Source: a virus. From it: 64,000 bases of DNA. The stretch is from IMG/VR virus record IMGVR_UViG_3300045988_123906, one strand, 5' to 3'. The translations under genes were made by a program, and so were the position numbers. This document shows positions 20,801-29,876 of the stretch, piece after piece (position 1 is the first letter of the stretch; each line of letters begins with the position of its first letter). The notes beneath the pieces were generated by a model. It was not told where the DNA came from, searched no databases, and saw only the letters and a list, made by a program, of their open reading frames with translations.

Positions 20801-23800
20801 TGCTTGTCAGACAGGTTCTGTCCGGCTTCACGAACTGCATTTTCATCTGCTTTCTATACGAAACCTTGACCTCTGCCGCCATATACATGAACAGTCTTAT
20901 TGGCCTTTGCTCGCTCGTACTCGTCCTGAAGTTTTGCCAGTTCGATTGCTCGCTCCTGTGCATCATTTTCTTCATTGAGCGCGTCAATCCGCTTGTCAAT
21001 AACATCGATCCAGGCTTCACCTTGAATCTTGAGGTCATTAGATTTCTTATCATTGGCGTCATCTACAAGACCGAGCAGGGAAGAGAAAAGATCTTTGATG
21101 CTGGAAATCGTCGATTTGAGCTCGTCCAGGACATCTTTAACACCACCAAAATGAAGCTTCATTCGTGTCGCAGAATTCCCTGACGCTTTTTCCATGTCTT
21201 TAGTGGAGTTTGTAACGTCATCATAAGCGGCATTCATTTCGTTTGCAGCGTCAGTTACAGCTCCTTGAACATCGTGCATGCTCTTCCCAGCATACTTACT
21301 TGTCTCCCCAAGATCTTTTTTAATGTTTTCGGCTGATTCACCACCTATAGCTCGAACGTCAGCAGCGACAAGTTCTGCACCGTTTACGACTTGCCCTTGC
21401 ACTGCTGCAATCATGCCATGGACGTTAATTTCATCACCAGCAACATTTTCAAATAGGCCATTTGCGTCAACCTTTAAAATGTTTTCAGCTGTAGCGCCAC
21501 CCTCAAGTTGGGCAGCTTTTTCTACAACATCATTTACATAATTATAGATTTCATCAGCCGTGAGAGGAACAACACCATCTTCTGTCTGAAGCATAGGAGT
21601 GTAGGCAATTTCCTTTTCGCCTTGTCCCTCACCATCGCCAGTCCAGAATGAACTACTTTCTCCAAGAACAGTAGAGTATTCGCCAAGATGTACGTCTTCT
21701 TGTTCAGCAAATTCATGATACTTAGCGAGATTTTCTTCGTTCCATTCGATAACACCACGATGGAAGTTGTCAACATTACCATATTTCTGAACGTCGCTAT
21801 ATTGATTTACAACATCGTTATAATGTTCTTTTGCTTTGGCGTATTTATCGGCGGCCTCAGTAATTTTATCAATATTGTCCAGTCCAGTCACGTCTTTCAA
21901 CATCTGGCTAAACATATCACCCTGGGCTGTACCTTTGTACTGAACAGATGCCGCAGCAAGCTCTGCTGTATACAAATCCTGATATGCATCGGTGTTGAAT
22001 TTTAGCTGATTACCTACTTGTTCAATACATTTCAAATATTGAGGATCAAGATAGAGCAGTTTTTCATACGAATCATAGCTTAGTTGCCCATACGTATTGT
22101 ACTCATCGATGATCTCATTGATTGTCTCAAACCCAGATTTGAATTTATCTGTTTTATTTTTAATATCATCAAGCTGAGTGTTAAGCCCCTTGAGATAATC
22201 AGTGATTTTAATAACACCAGAACTTAATGCGTCAATCGATTTCTGAAGCAAATTCTGAATGGCGACATTCTTGGTTGCAGCTTTCTCATTTTCAAGAAGT
22301 GCAATTGTAGCTTCCTTCAGAGATTCTTCGTTTATCTGGAGATTACCGGATTCATCATAGAGGATGTCTTTAAGCTCACTATGTTCCTGAATCAGATCAA
22401 TAACAGATTCTACGTTATCGCTAGTCAATGCACCAGCAGGGTTATCAGTATTCAGAATGTCGTGAATGGTTCCGAATGCAGATTTCAAGCCAGAAGTTTT
22501 CTCCTGTGCCTTATCAAGAGAGGCACCAACTCCTTCGATTGCGTCACGCAATTCATTCAGAGAGATAGTACCATCTTTAGCATTTTCATCAAGATATTTT
22601 AGAATCTGGGTATACTGAGAGACTTTAGCCTTTGTCTTATCCGAAGAATCGGCGGTTGCAGCAGCTGCTTCTAATTCTTTTTGGATCAGATTGCGATATT
22701 CTGTTGCATTGATCGTTAGCTGATTGCCTTCTTTTTTCAGGAATGCAGTATATTTTGATTCGAGTCCCATCAGAGACTTCATTGTATTCAGGCTGACAGA
22801 ACCCTTCTTGTTATACTCATCCATAGCAGAGGATAGAGTAGACCATGCATCAATAGCAGAAGTTGCCTGTTTGGTGGACTTGGAAGTATCGTTTTTGCCC
22901 CAAATTTTACTTGGGTCCTGTTTGCCTAAGTTGTCTAACAACCCTGATAGTGTATGATAATTCTTCCTGTAAATCTCACCGGCTCGTTTTACTTTGTCGT
23001 AACCAGCCCAACCGTCACTATCTTTCGCTTGTTGTGCAGATTTTTCAGTTGCAGCATCAATAGCAGTATCGGCATCAGAAATAACAGCAGTAACGTCGCC
23101 TAACAAAGCTTCTGCTTTGGCAAGAGTGTTAGTATCTTTGATATTATTTAACGTATCTGCAAGTATGGATGCTTTCGCCAATTGGATATTTGCTTGAGTT
23201 AAAGATTGAGCGGTTTTTGTATTGATTTTCAGTTTGCCATTCTTCAAATCAAGCATATTCAGATACTGCGGCTCAAGTTGACACAGAGACTGTAGTGTAT
23301 CCATCGTGACGTAACCTGTCTTATTGTACTCCTTAACGGCCTGAGCACAAGATTGATAGGCAGACTGCATGTTATCAAGCGCTGTCATAGCATCAGACAA
23401 AGATTTTACCTTGCTTGAATCACGAACGGCAACAAGTCCTACTGTCTCAAGCGCAGAAACAAACTGATCAAAGGTTACGCCTGCTGCTTTTGCTGCATCC
23501 TCGAGAACTTTAATTGCAGCGGCTTGTTCTTTTGTTTGATTAGCCGGAACAAAAGAAAGCTCTCGAATGTCATCTCCGGTTTCAAGACCAGAAGTTTTGA
23601 GAGCGTTAACAGCGCCAACATATGCATTGCCCTTAGAATCAGAATTGCCACGGCGATCCATAGATGTTTTGACACGCTGCATCTTTTCAAGTAAGACATC
23701 GTATGCTGTTGTGCTTATTTTAACATCATCATTTGCATCTGCAAGAGCATTAGTAGCATCTGTGATTGTGTTCGTGCCAGCAATATATTCATCTTTGTAC

Positions 23801-25176
23801 TGATCAAAATTATCAGCGTCGGTGCTATAGTTGCTCATCTGCTCGGAAACAGCAGTGGATAATTCTTCGACCTTGGTTTTCTGGGATTCAAAAGTTTCAT
23901 TCAGAGCATCGAGTTCTTTCTTTTTATTTGCATACTCTTTAGAATCTTTTCCGCTAGAGGCTTCAATTTGGTCAAGTTCAACCTGAAGATCACGACGCTT
24001 TTGAATGGTGTCTTCGAGTGCTGCTGTATACTCCTGGAGAGATTCGGTCTTGGTAACTTTATCAGCTTCTGAGTATGTAAACATTTTTCCAGATGTTGGA
24101 TCAATGTCTTCGGATTGATGGAAATTAACAATGCTATCTTCTGTTTGATCGTTAACAACGGCACTTGTTGTTGCGTTATTAGCGTTATATTGACCTTTTT
24201 GGAGCTTTTCTTTCAACTCGAGTTGTGCCTGAAGCATATCGTTAATTACCTGTAGATGCTCACGTTCTGCAGGATCTACAATATCTTCGATTTTTTCAGC
24301 CCCAGCGTCTTTAATAGAGTTGTTAAGGTCATCAATTTTCGATTTAATGTTATCAATATCAGAGGCAGTTGTATTTGCAGCTTCATGTGCTTCTTCCATC
24401 TCTGCCACTAATTCTTCAGAATGGCTCTTCAGATTTGCAATATATTTTACAATTTCAGTGGCAACAAAAGCTAACGCAGCCGCACCTAAACTCAATAAGA
24501 GTTGCTTGCCAATTTGCATAACAGCATTCCAAGCAATCTGAATATCAGTCAGCGTCATGGTTGCAACGGAATCTGCTTCTACGTTTGCAATAACCCCTTT
24601 AAATGATTCTCCAAACTGATAATTTCCAGAAGTACCAGTTATAATTCCTTGTTTCCGAAGCTGTTCAATATCAATCAACGATTCGTTTTCGTTAATCCAC
24701 TTCTCTATTGCAGGGATTGCATCTGACGTTATCGCAAGGCCATACTGTTTTTCGGCATCCTGTAACCCGCTGACTTTAAGCATACCCTCTACAGCAGCTT
24801 TACTAAATCCGTTTTGTAAGAGCGTTTGTTCAGTCAGAACTCCGCTAAGTTTTTCACCTTCTGCAATCTGCTGAACGAGGTTCTGTATAATTTCTTTTTG
24901 ACCGTCTATAAATTTGGTCATTCCAAATACAGCTTCTTGTTGTTTATCATTTAGAACAGAGATTTGAGCTGCATATTTTTGAAGAGCAGGATCATCTTCT
25001 GTAGCACCAGCTGACTCTAAATCTACCTTTTTGGCATTTCCGATAGTAAAATCACCAAGGGTCATAAATGTTCTGCGCAAAAATCCAGCGTTACCCATAT
25101 TCTGAGAAGCCTTAACTGCTTTTTCAACAGATCCATCAAGATTATTTCCAATATCAATCATTGACTTATTGATTGT
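17845..25176 (-). CDS. tape measure protein, predicted exon 3 (2443 codons), in-frame TAG at 20854..20856
   Basis: ORFs 20854..25161 and 17845..20664 are in the same frame with an open linker. Two C-terminal repeats ANVDE[KQ]G.E[LM][IL]VR.PD.GR.TYLE.GDGV[IV]PA are typical of TMP C-termini. There is no SD before ATG 25161. The frame is open from 25176, which matches the intron guide sequence. Confidence 0.7.
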
Positions 25177-25189
25177 CTTATCTTATAAT
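25161..25189 (+). promoter_or_regulatory. sigma70-type promoter for the plus-strand cargo genes
   Basis: TTGACT (25161..25166), 17 nt spacer, TATAAT (25184..25189), about 45 nt upstream of GTG 25235. Confidence 0.55.
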
Positions 25190-25234
25190 AATTTTAATGG
25201 TCAAATAAAATTATTTGTCAATGAGGTGATATAA

Positions 25235-25849
25235 GTGAAATTTGGTGATATGAAAATAGATGTACCATTTGAAGGAATTGTTGAAAGAAGTGAAGACTTC
25301 GGATTTATAACAAAATACCGTATAGCAATGGAAGGGAAAAGGTTACTTGAAAAACATCCAGAATACAAATATTTAAAAGAAGATCCAACATTAAAAGCCA
25401 AAAACGACTTTTATTGTTCTGTGACCTATGCATACATGGTTGATCAAATTTTAAAAGAAAATCCAGAATTTAACCCATGTTACAAAGAAATGATTTCGAA
25501 AGGCTATGAAATTAACACTGTAGATGGGGTGAAGAAACGTTACCTATATTCAAATTATGATTTTCTTTGGAAATGCGTTGATCTCTTTACAGAGAAGCAG
25601 CATCCTGGAACACTAGCATGGAGAGCAAAAAGAAAAGCTCAAGAGAAACAAGCCAGGGATAGACAGATGTTGGAAATGGAAATTGCCTATGAAGCGAAAC
25701 ATCCTCATGTCATTTGTCCCTACTGCAAGTCCACGAACACTGAAAAGATCAGCACCGTGAGCCGTGCCGTATCTGTGTCTCTCGTGGGCGCTGCCAGTGG
25801 GAAGATAGGAAAACAGTGGCATTGTAATAACTGTAAGAGTGATTTTTAA
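25235..25849 (+). CDS. hypothetical protein with a C-terminal zinc-ribbon (CPYC...CNNC), 204 aa
   Basis: SD GAGGTG lies 6 nt before GTG. Ends in TAA. It is on the opposite strand to all neighbours. Confidence 0.6.
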   Translation: MKFGDMKIDVPFEGIVERSEDFGFITKYRIAMEGKRLLEKHPEYKYLKEDPTLKAKNDFYCSVTYAYMVDQILKENPEFNPCYKEMISKGYEINTVDGVKKRYLYSNYDFLWKCVDLFTEKQHPGTLAWRAKRKAQEKQARDRQMLEMEIAYEAKHPHVICPYCKSTNTEKISTVSRAVSVSLVGAASGKIGKQWHCNNCKSDF

Positions 25850-25923
25850 GCTTGCGGTGCTCTTTACTTTTTGTCTTTTTATGGTAGACTTAAATAGAGA
25901 CTAGGAGAAAGGAGGAGGTTACA

Positions 25924-26121
25924 ATGACTAGAGAAGAGTTTAATAAGATTCTTTCTGAGGAAACAGATAAAGAAATAAAGCATGTTATTGAATCTATTGA
26001 TTTTAGCAATAAGGATCAAGATGAAATTCTGACAGAATCTGTGGCTATCGCAATTGCTGCATCCAATAACATCATCTTATCTGTCTTGGAAAAGGCTGGA
26101 GTGTTAACCTACGAAAATTAA
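25924..26121 (+). CDS. hypothetical small protein (65 aa)
   Basis: SD AAAGGAGGAGG before the ATG. Ends in TAA. Confidence 0.55.
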   Translation: MTREEFNKILSEETDKEIKHVIESIDFSNKDQDEILTESVAIAIAASNNIILSVLEKAGVLTYEN

Positions 26122-26324
26122 CACTTCCAGTTGATTGAATTGCCTGAATTGATCGAAGAAGTTTTTACAAATCGTTCACTTGATTCCATTAGCTTCTTTG
26201 TCTTTTCAGGTAATTTTTCTCTGATTACTTTCGCCAAATCATCAGCGTTTCCAATAGGTTTTCTCTGTTCTTTAATGTAATCAAGAAGGGCAGTGAGTTC
26301 TTTTGCTTCAATTTCAATCTTCAT
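26118..26324 (-). CDS. hypothetical small protein (68 aa)
   Basis: SD AAAGGAG before ATG 26324. Its TAA is convergent with 25924..26121. Confidence 0.5.
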   Translation of the reverse strand: MKIEIEAKELTALLDYIKEQRKPIGNADDLAKVIREKLPEKTKKLMESSERFVKTSSINSGNSINWKC

Positions 26325-26340
26325 AATAATTCTCCTTTAT

Positions 26341-26383
26341 AAATAGCAAAAGCCCGGCCTCCCAGCAGTAGGGAAGTCGGGCT
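26341..26383 (-). terminator. rho-independent terminator (13-bp GC-rich stem)
   Basis: The minus-strand RNA forms AGCCCGACUUCCC-UACUGCU-GGGAGGCCGGGCU followed by UUUGCUAUUU. Confidence 0.6.
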
Positions 26384-26409
26384 TGTTCATTATAATGATT
26401 GCACAGCAG

Positions 26410-26742
26410 TTATTTCAGAAGTTCGGTGATCTCTTCAGCAGTCATACCGCTGGCCAGTGCATTGGCAACAATATCTTCTGCCTTTTTACGATTCAATTCT
26501 GCCGCAATCTTTTCATCGGCATCAGCCTTTTTCTTTTCGAGCTTTGCAATCTCTTTATTGATTTTCTTCAGTTCTACTTCCTTAGCCTTGCGGTCAGCAT
26601 TCAGCGCGGCAATATTCGTGCCGAGTGCTGCGATTTCTTCAGCGAGAGATTCTGCAGCAGTATTTTTCTCGGCGATCTGTGCTGCGTAATCAACGCCATC
26701 GAGAACCTTTGTTTTATTCTTGCTTCCTTTGGGTCTTGCCAT
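26410..26742 (-). CDS. coiled-coil protein (110 aa)
   Basis: ORF with an SD. Lys/Glu/Ala-rich heptad-like sequence. Ends in TAA. Confidence 0.6.
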   Translation of the reverse strand: MARPKGSKNKTKVLDGVDYAAQIAEKNTAAESLAEEIAALGTNIAALNADRKAKEVELKKINKEIAKLEKKKADADEKIAAELNRKKAEDIVANALASGMTAEEITELLK

Positions 26743-26794
26743 AGTAAAAATACCTCCGTATATTTTGGATACGCGATTGTACCTTTATTATAGC

Positions 26795-27319
26795 TTACGT
26801 CGTAAGTAGTGTCAATATAAACTATGTCGAAAGAAGCTGATCTTCTATGTTGTCCATAATATTTTTAACATCAGTCTCATGGTCAAAAGCATCGCCGTAT
26901 TTGATTTCTTCTTGTGATGGAAGCTGAAAACTGAATACAGTATGTCCATTGTAATTACTTATTGAAAAATCTGTACGAGAAAGAATGTTCATCCCAATAA
27001 TAGCATCATAATCACGGTTACTATCTTTTAAAACCGTAAATTCTTCATTAGTAAAAGAAACATCAGAAGACAAAATTAAATTCGCAACAACAGAACTTCT
27101 TATTGCTTCATCTTCACCGAATTTGACCTGATAAATGTTTCCTGTTTCAGGAAAATCTAATCCATCAACAACCCACTGCATAACATAGCTCGCAACAGCT
27201 CCAGTATCAACAAGGGCTCGTACCTTTGCTGCACGATTATTGTGTTCGAGTACAGCAGGTATTATTATTGATTTTTGTACTTCATCATATGTGATAGTAT
27301 ATGTTTTTACTTCCGCCAT
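26795..27319 (-). CDS. retropepsin-like aspartic protease (165 aa to TAG 26822, 174 codons if the TAG is read through to TAA 26795)
   Basis: ALVDTGAVAS (DTG active-site motif) plus IIGMNILS, as in clan AA retropepsin-like proteases. Confidence 0.6.
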
Positions 27320-27326
27320 ATTCTTA

Positions 27327-27560
27327 TCATTCTTTCTTTATTAGATATGATTCAAACGGACCAACATAATCAATTTGCGGAAAGAGCTTTTCGTTTTCTT
27401 TCATACGTTTGTCAAAATATGAATCCATAATAACTTTTTCATCATCAGATAAATTATGCCGTTTCTGGAAATACCGGTGCTGCCACTTTAATCTATGAGG
27501 ATGATCAAAATACTATGCCCAAGCATATCCTTCGCAAATCTTCTTTGTTTCTTTGTCCAT
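27327..27560 (-). CDS. hypothetical protein, 77 codons, in-frame TAG at 27513..27515 (not in the ORF track)
   Basis: AGGAGGAAAGT precedes ATG 27560. MDKETKKICEGYAWA[TAG]YFDHPHRLKW... runs to TGA 27327. Confidence 0.5.
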
Positions 27561-27599
27561 ACTTTCCTCCTGATACTATCACATAATAACTCTTCTGTC

Positions 27600-27997
27600 A
27601 AATTTTATTCTCCACTTTTGACGGCAGGGGAGAGGCCACCTGTAATTTTGCCTATGGCGTTATAGCAATTCCATACGCAGTAGTGATTTGGAGCACCCCA
27701 TAGTGAACCTGCGGCGCTGTTATGCACGTAGTTCCACTCCGACATTATGCTCTCTGAAGCGTCTCTGGCAGTACCTATTATAATAATGTAGGCACACATA
27801 GAGCTTGCCTGCGGATTCCTTTCGGTTCCCGGACGAGAATTACCCAAACTCGCCACAGCTTACGCTGCCATGTTCGTCGGTTTTACTAAATACTCCCTCG
27901 CACTGCAGCACTTAATATAATAAGCGCAGCAGGCTTGTTCCGTGTCACCACCCGGAGTATTGCTGGGCACAATCGTGAAACCCGTCATTTTGGGTTT
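27600..27997 (-). ncRNA. group I intron ribozyme core (5' part of intron 2)
   Basis: The guide GAUUGUGCCCAGC lies at 27962..27974. A Q-like element AAUCCGCAGGCAAGC lies at 27804..27818, able to pair with CUGUGG upstream. An R-like element GCCAGAGACGC lies at 27759..27769. There are several GNRA-capped hairpins. The ORF-track translations here look non-protein-like. Confidence 0.65.
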
Positions 27998-28561
27998 ACC
28001 CAGCTGAGTTATAAAGGTTGCGATACCAGCACCCATTGGAATAGCGCCAGTAAATTTAATCATTGCATCTGCGGCTTTTGTAAGTCCAGTTGCGAGAGAT
28101 ACGACAGCCTTGACAAGACCGGAGTCAAGTACATCGGTAGAAAGTGCTTGGAAAGATGCGTCATACTGAGCAAGACGACCCTGAATAGAATCAAGGTATT
28201 TCTCATTCTCAGCCCATGCGACGTTTGCACTGTTTGCAGCAGATTCCATGGAAGATTCAGCAACGTCAAAATTATTTAGAATAGCACTAACTGCATTTGC
28301 GTTTCTCTTTCCACCAATCATCTCAGTGACATTCGCCTGCGTTACATCGGACAGGCCACTCCATACTTGAGACAGCTCTTTCATGATTTGATATGTGCTC
28401 TTGAAATTTTTGCTATCCAGCATGATGTCAACGCCAGTCAAAGATTTCAGTTCACTACGAAGTTCAGACACAGAATTGGCCATGCCATCAACTTCAATGC
28501 CTGCATTCTCTGCGTCACTTTTAGCAGCACGGAGATACATAGAAAGACTTTTTAAAGTTGT
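27998..28561 (-). CDS. tape measure protein, exon 2 (188 codons)
   Basis: TTLKSLSMYLRAAK...FKSTYQIMKELSQVWSGLS..IGGKRNANAVSAILNNF continues the TP901-type TMP core that starts at the end of exon 1. Confidence 0.7.
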
Positions 28562-29876
28562 CAAGCTGTTACTTTTATGACCATATCGCTATGGCGGGTA
28601 GTCATTTCTGGCTACCTCTCACGTTTCATTTTGTTATATCGTGAGTTCGGACTGGATCTTCACCCTGGAAAGAATAACAGGGGATAGCTGAACCCTATAT
28701 GTTACCATATAAGGTATTACAGTCTCTACGCATTTTTAATCAGTAAAGTCATGCCCAAGCAGTTAGGATGCTAAGCATAATTTTGGTTGTAATTCGTCTT
28801 TCGATAATTCACTGTAAGATAAAACAATATTATCATTTAGAGTTATTTTATCGTTGTCAAGATGATAGTTGAATGAATTGTAATTTTGAAGCCGTCCGTT
28901 TTCATTTATAAATTTCTGTATTAAAGCTTCACACAATTTCGGATTTTTGTTTATGTCGGATTCCCATAGATATAAAATAGGAATATTATATGTTTCCGTT
29001 ATATATGTATGCTTCGCTTTGTCTCTTCGAATAGCTTCTCGTTGCTGCTGATATTTTATGATTGGGTATCGTATTGGACTACAATGCCAATAATCGCCCA
29101 TGACTTCAATAAATAAATTGCAGTCTACCAAATAATTATCAACGGCATAATATTCTACATTGTATTCATTTGTATATTTAATGCCCATGTTATCAAGCAT
29201 TTTATTTAATATAAGTTGAGGTTTGCTTTGAGTTTGAGATATTATACCACTTTCAATTATTCTTGCGGCGCGTTTTCGGGATTCTTCTTTCCATTCAGGT
29301 TGCTGGCTCCAAACTTTTGCATACCATTCTCTTCTACATTTTGATGAACAGAAATGATTGTTTTGGTTTTTTATTTTATATCCATTTTCAAAATATTTCT
29401 CGCCACACCAATCACAAGAAATCAAATCTCCTTCAAATTTTGGATTATTGAAACCGACTCTTGTCTTTTGCTATTCGTTTTGACACTTATCAGAACAAAA
29501 TCGTTGAGTTGATTTTTTTGATAAATACATATCTTTTCCACAAATTTCGCATGGGCGATGCTCGTAAGCAGTCTCATGATGCCATGCAATAGAACATTCA
29601 TTTGAACAGAAATGATGCTTTGTATTATTATAATGATATGCATTCATATATTTCAATTGTCCGCACCATTCACAGTTATACCATACACCGGTTTTACTTC
29701 CTTTTGCTGGAATAACAATCACCTCCATAAAAATAAAAACCACACAACTCCTAACTGTGCGGTTCGATATAACTTTACTGATTAAATCTTTGCTCGGTCT
29801 TGTCCACTTCTGGATTTTGACCGATATAGCTAATTTTTCTAGCTACCTATTACTAGGCAGCGTCGGCATATACTTT
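28562..29876 (-). mobile_element. group I intron 1 (1315 nt) with an endonuclease ORF looped out
   Basis: P1 pairs exon GUCGGU (29877..29882) with GCCGAC (29862..29867), with a G-U wobble at the splice site. P2 is GCUGCCUA-GUAA-UAGGUAGC. A 14-bp helix (29773..29786 with 28735..28748) brackets the ORF. An R-like element GCGUAGAGACUG lies at 28720..28731. The intron ends in G at 28562. Confidence 0.75.
28763..29743 (-). CDS. intron-encoded homing-endonuclease-like protein, 326 codons, in-frame TAG at 29471..29473
   Basis: Three CxxCG...FCSxxC zinc-finger repeats followed by a Vsr/DUF559-like nuclease motif (FIEVMGDYWHC). ORFs 29471..29743 and 28763..29425 are in the same frame across the TAG. 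Confidence 0.65.

Larger units (their letters stand above)
25177..27997 (-). mobile_element. predicted full extent of group I intron 2 (2821 nt) including its gene cargo
   Basis: The 5' splice site follows GGU at 27998 (G-U wobble P1). The 3' splice site follows G at 25177. The ligated exons GCUGGGU|ACAAUC pair at 13 of 13 positions with the guide. Both junctions are phase 0. Confidence 0.5.

Noticed and set aside
20688-21062. Minus-strand ORF 20688..21062 spanning the TAG junction in another frame
   Set aside because: It is out of frame with both TMP segments, has no SD, and is fully explained by the read-through TMP frame.
2026-24541. Numerous plus-strand ORFs (for example 2670..4124, 5809..6858, 7726..8709, 9700..10644, 19865..20593)
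   Set aside because: They lie antisense inside long, SD-preceded minus-strand structural genes. Their composition is low-complexity or stop-poor and they have no ribosome-binding sites.
27590-27640. Nearby alternative 3' splice sites for intron 2 (after G 27599 giving ACAGAAG..., or after G 27637 by similarity to the 3' end of intron 1)
   Set aside because: They give at most 4 bp of P10 pairing and short, odd C-terminal tails. The distal site gives 6 of 6 P10 pairs, is in frame with a 2443-codon ORF and explains the missing SD. They are kept as alternatives to test.
27605-27997. ORF 27605..27856 and the C-terminal 46 codons of ORF 27860..28564 (PKMTGFTIVPSNTPGGDTEQACC...)
   Set aside because: The sequence is Cys/Gly-rich and non-protein-like. 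It coincides with group I ribozyme elements (guide, Q-like and R-like motifs, GNRA hairpins). The TMP homology stops at ...FITQLG.
29422-29643. ORF 29422..29643 inside the intron endonuclease region
   Set aside because: It is an alternative frame of the zinc-finger repeats. The repeat structure is only coherent in the 29743 frame joined through the TAG.
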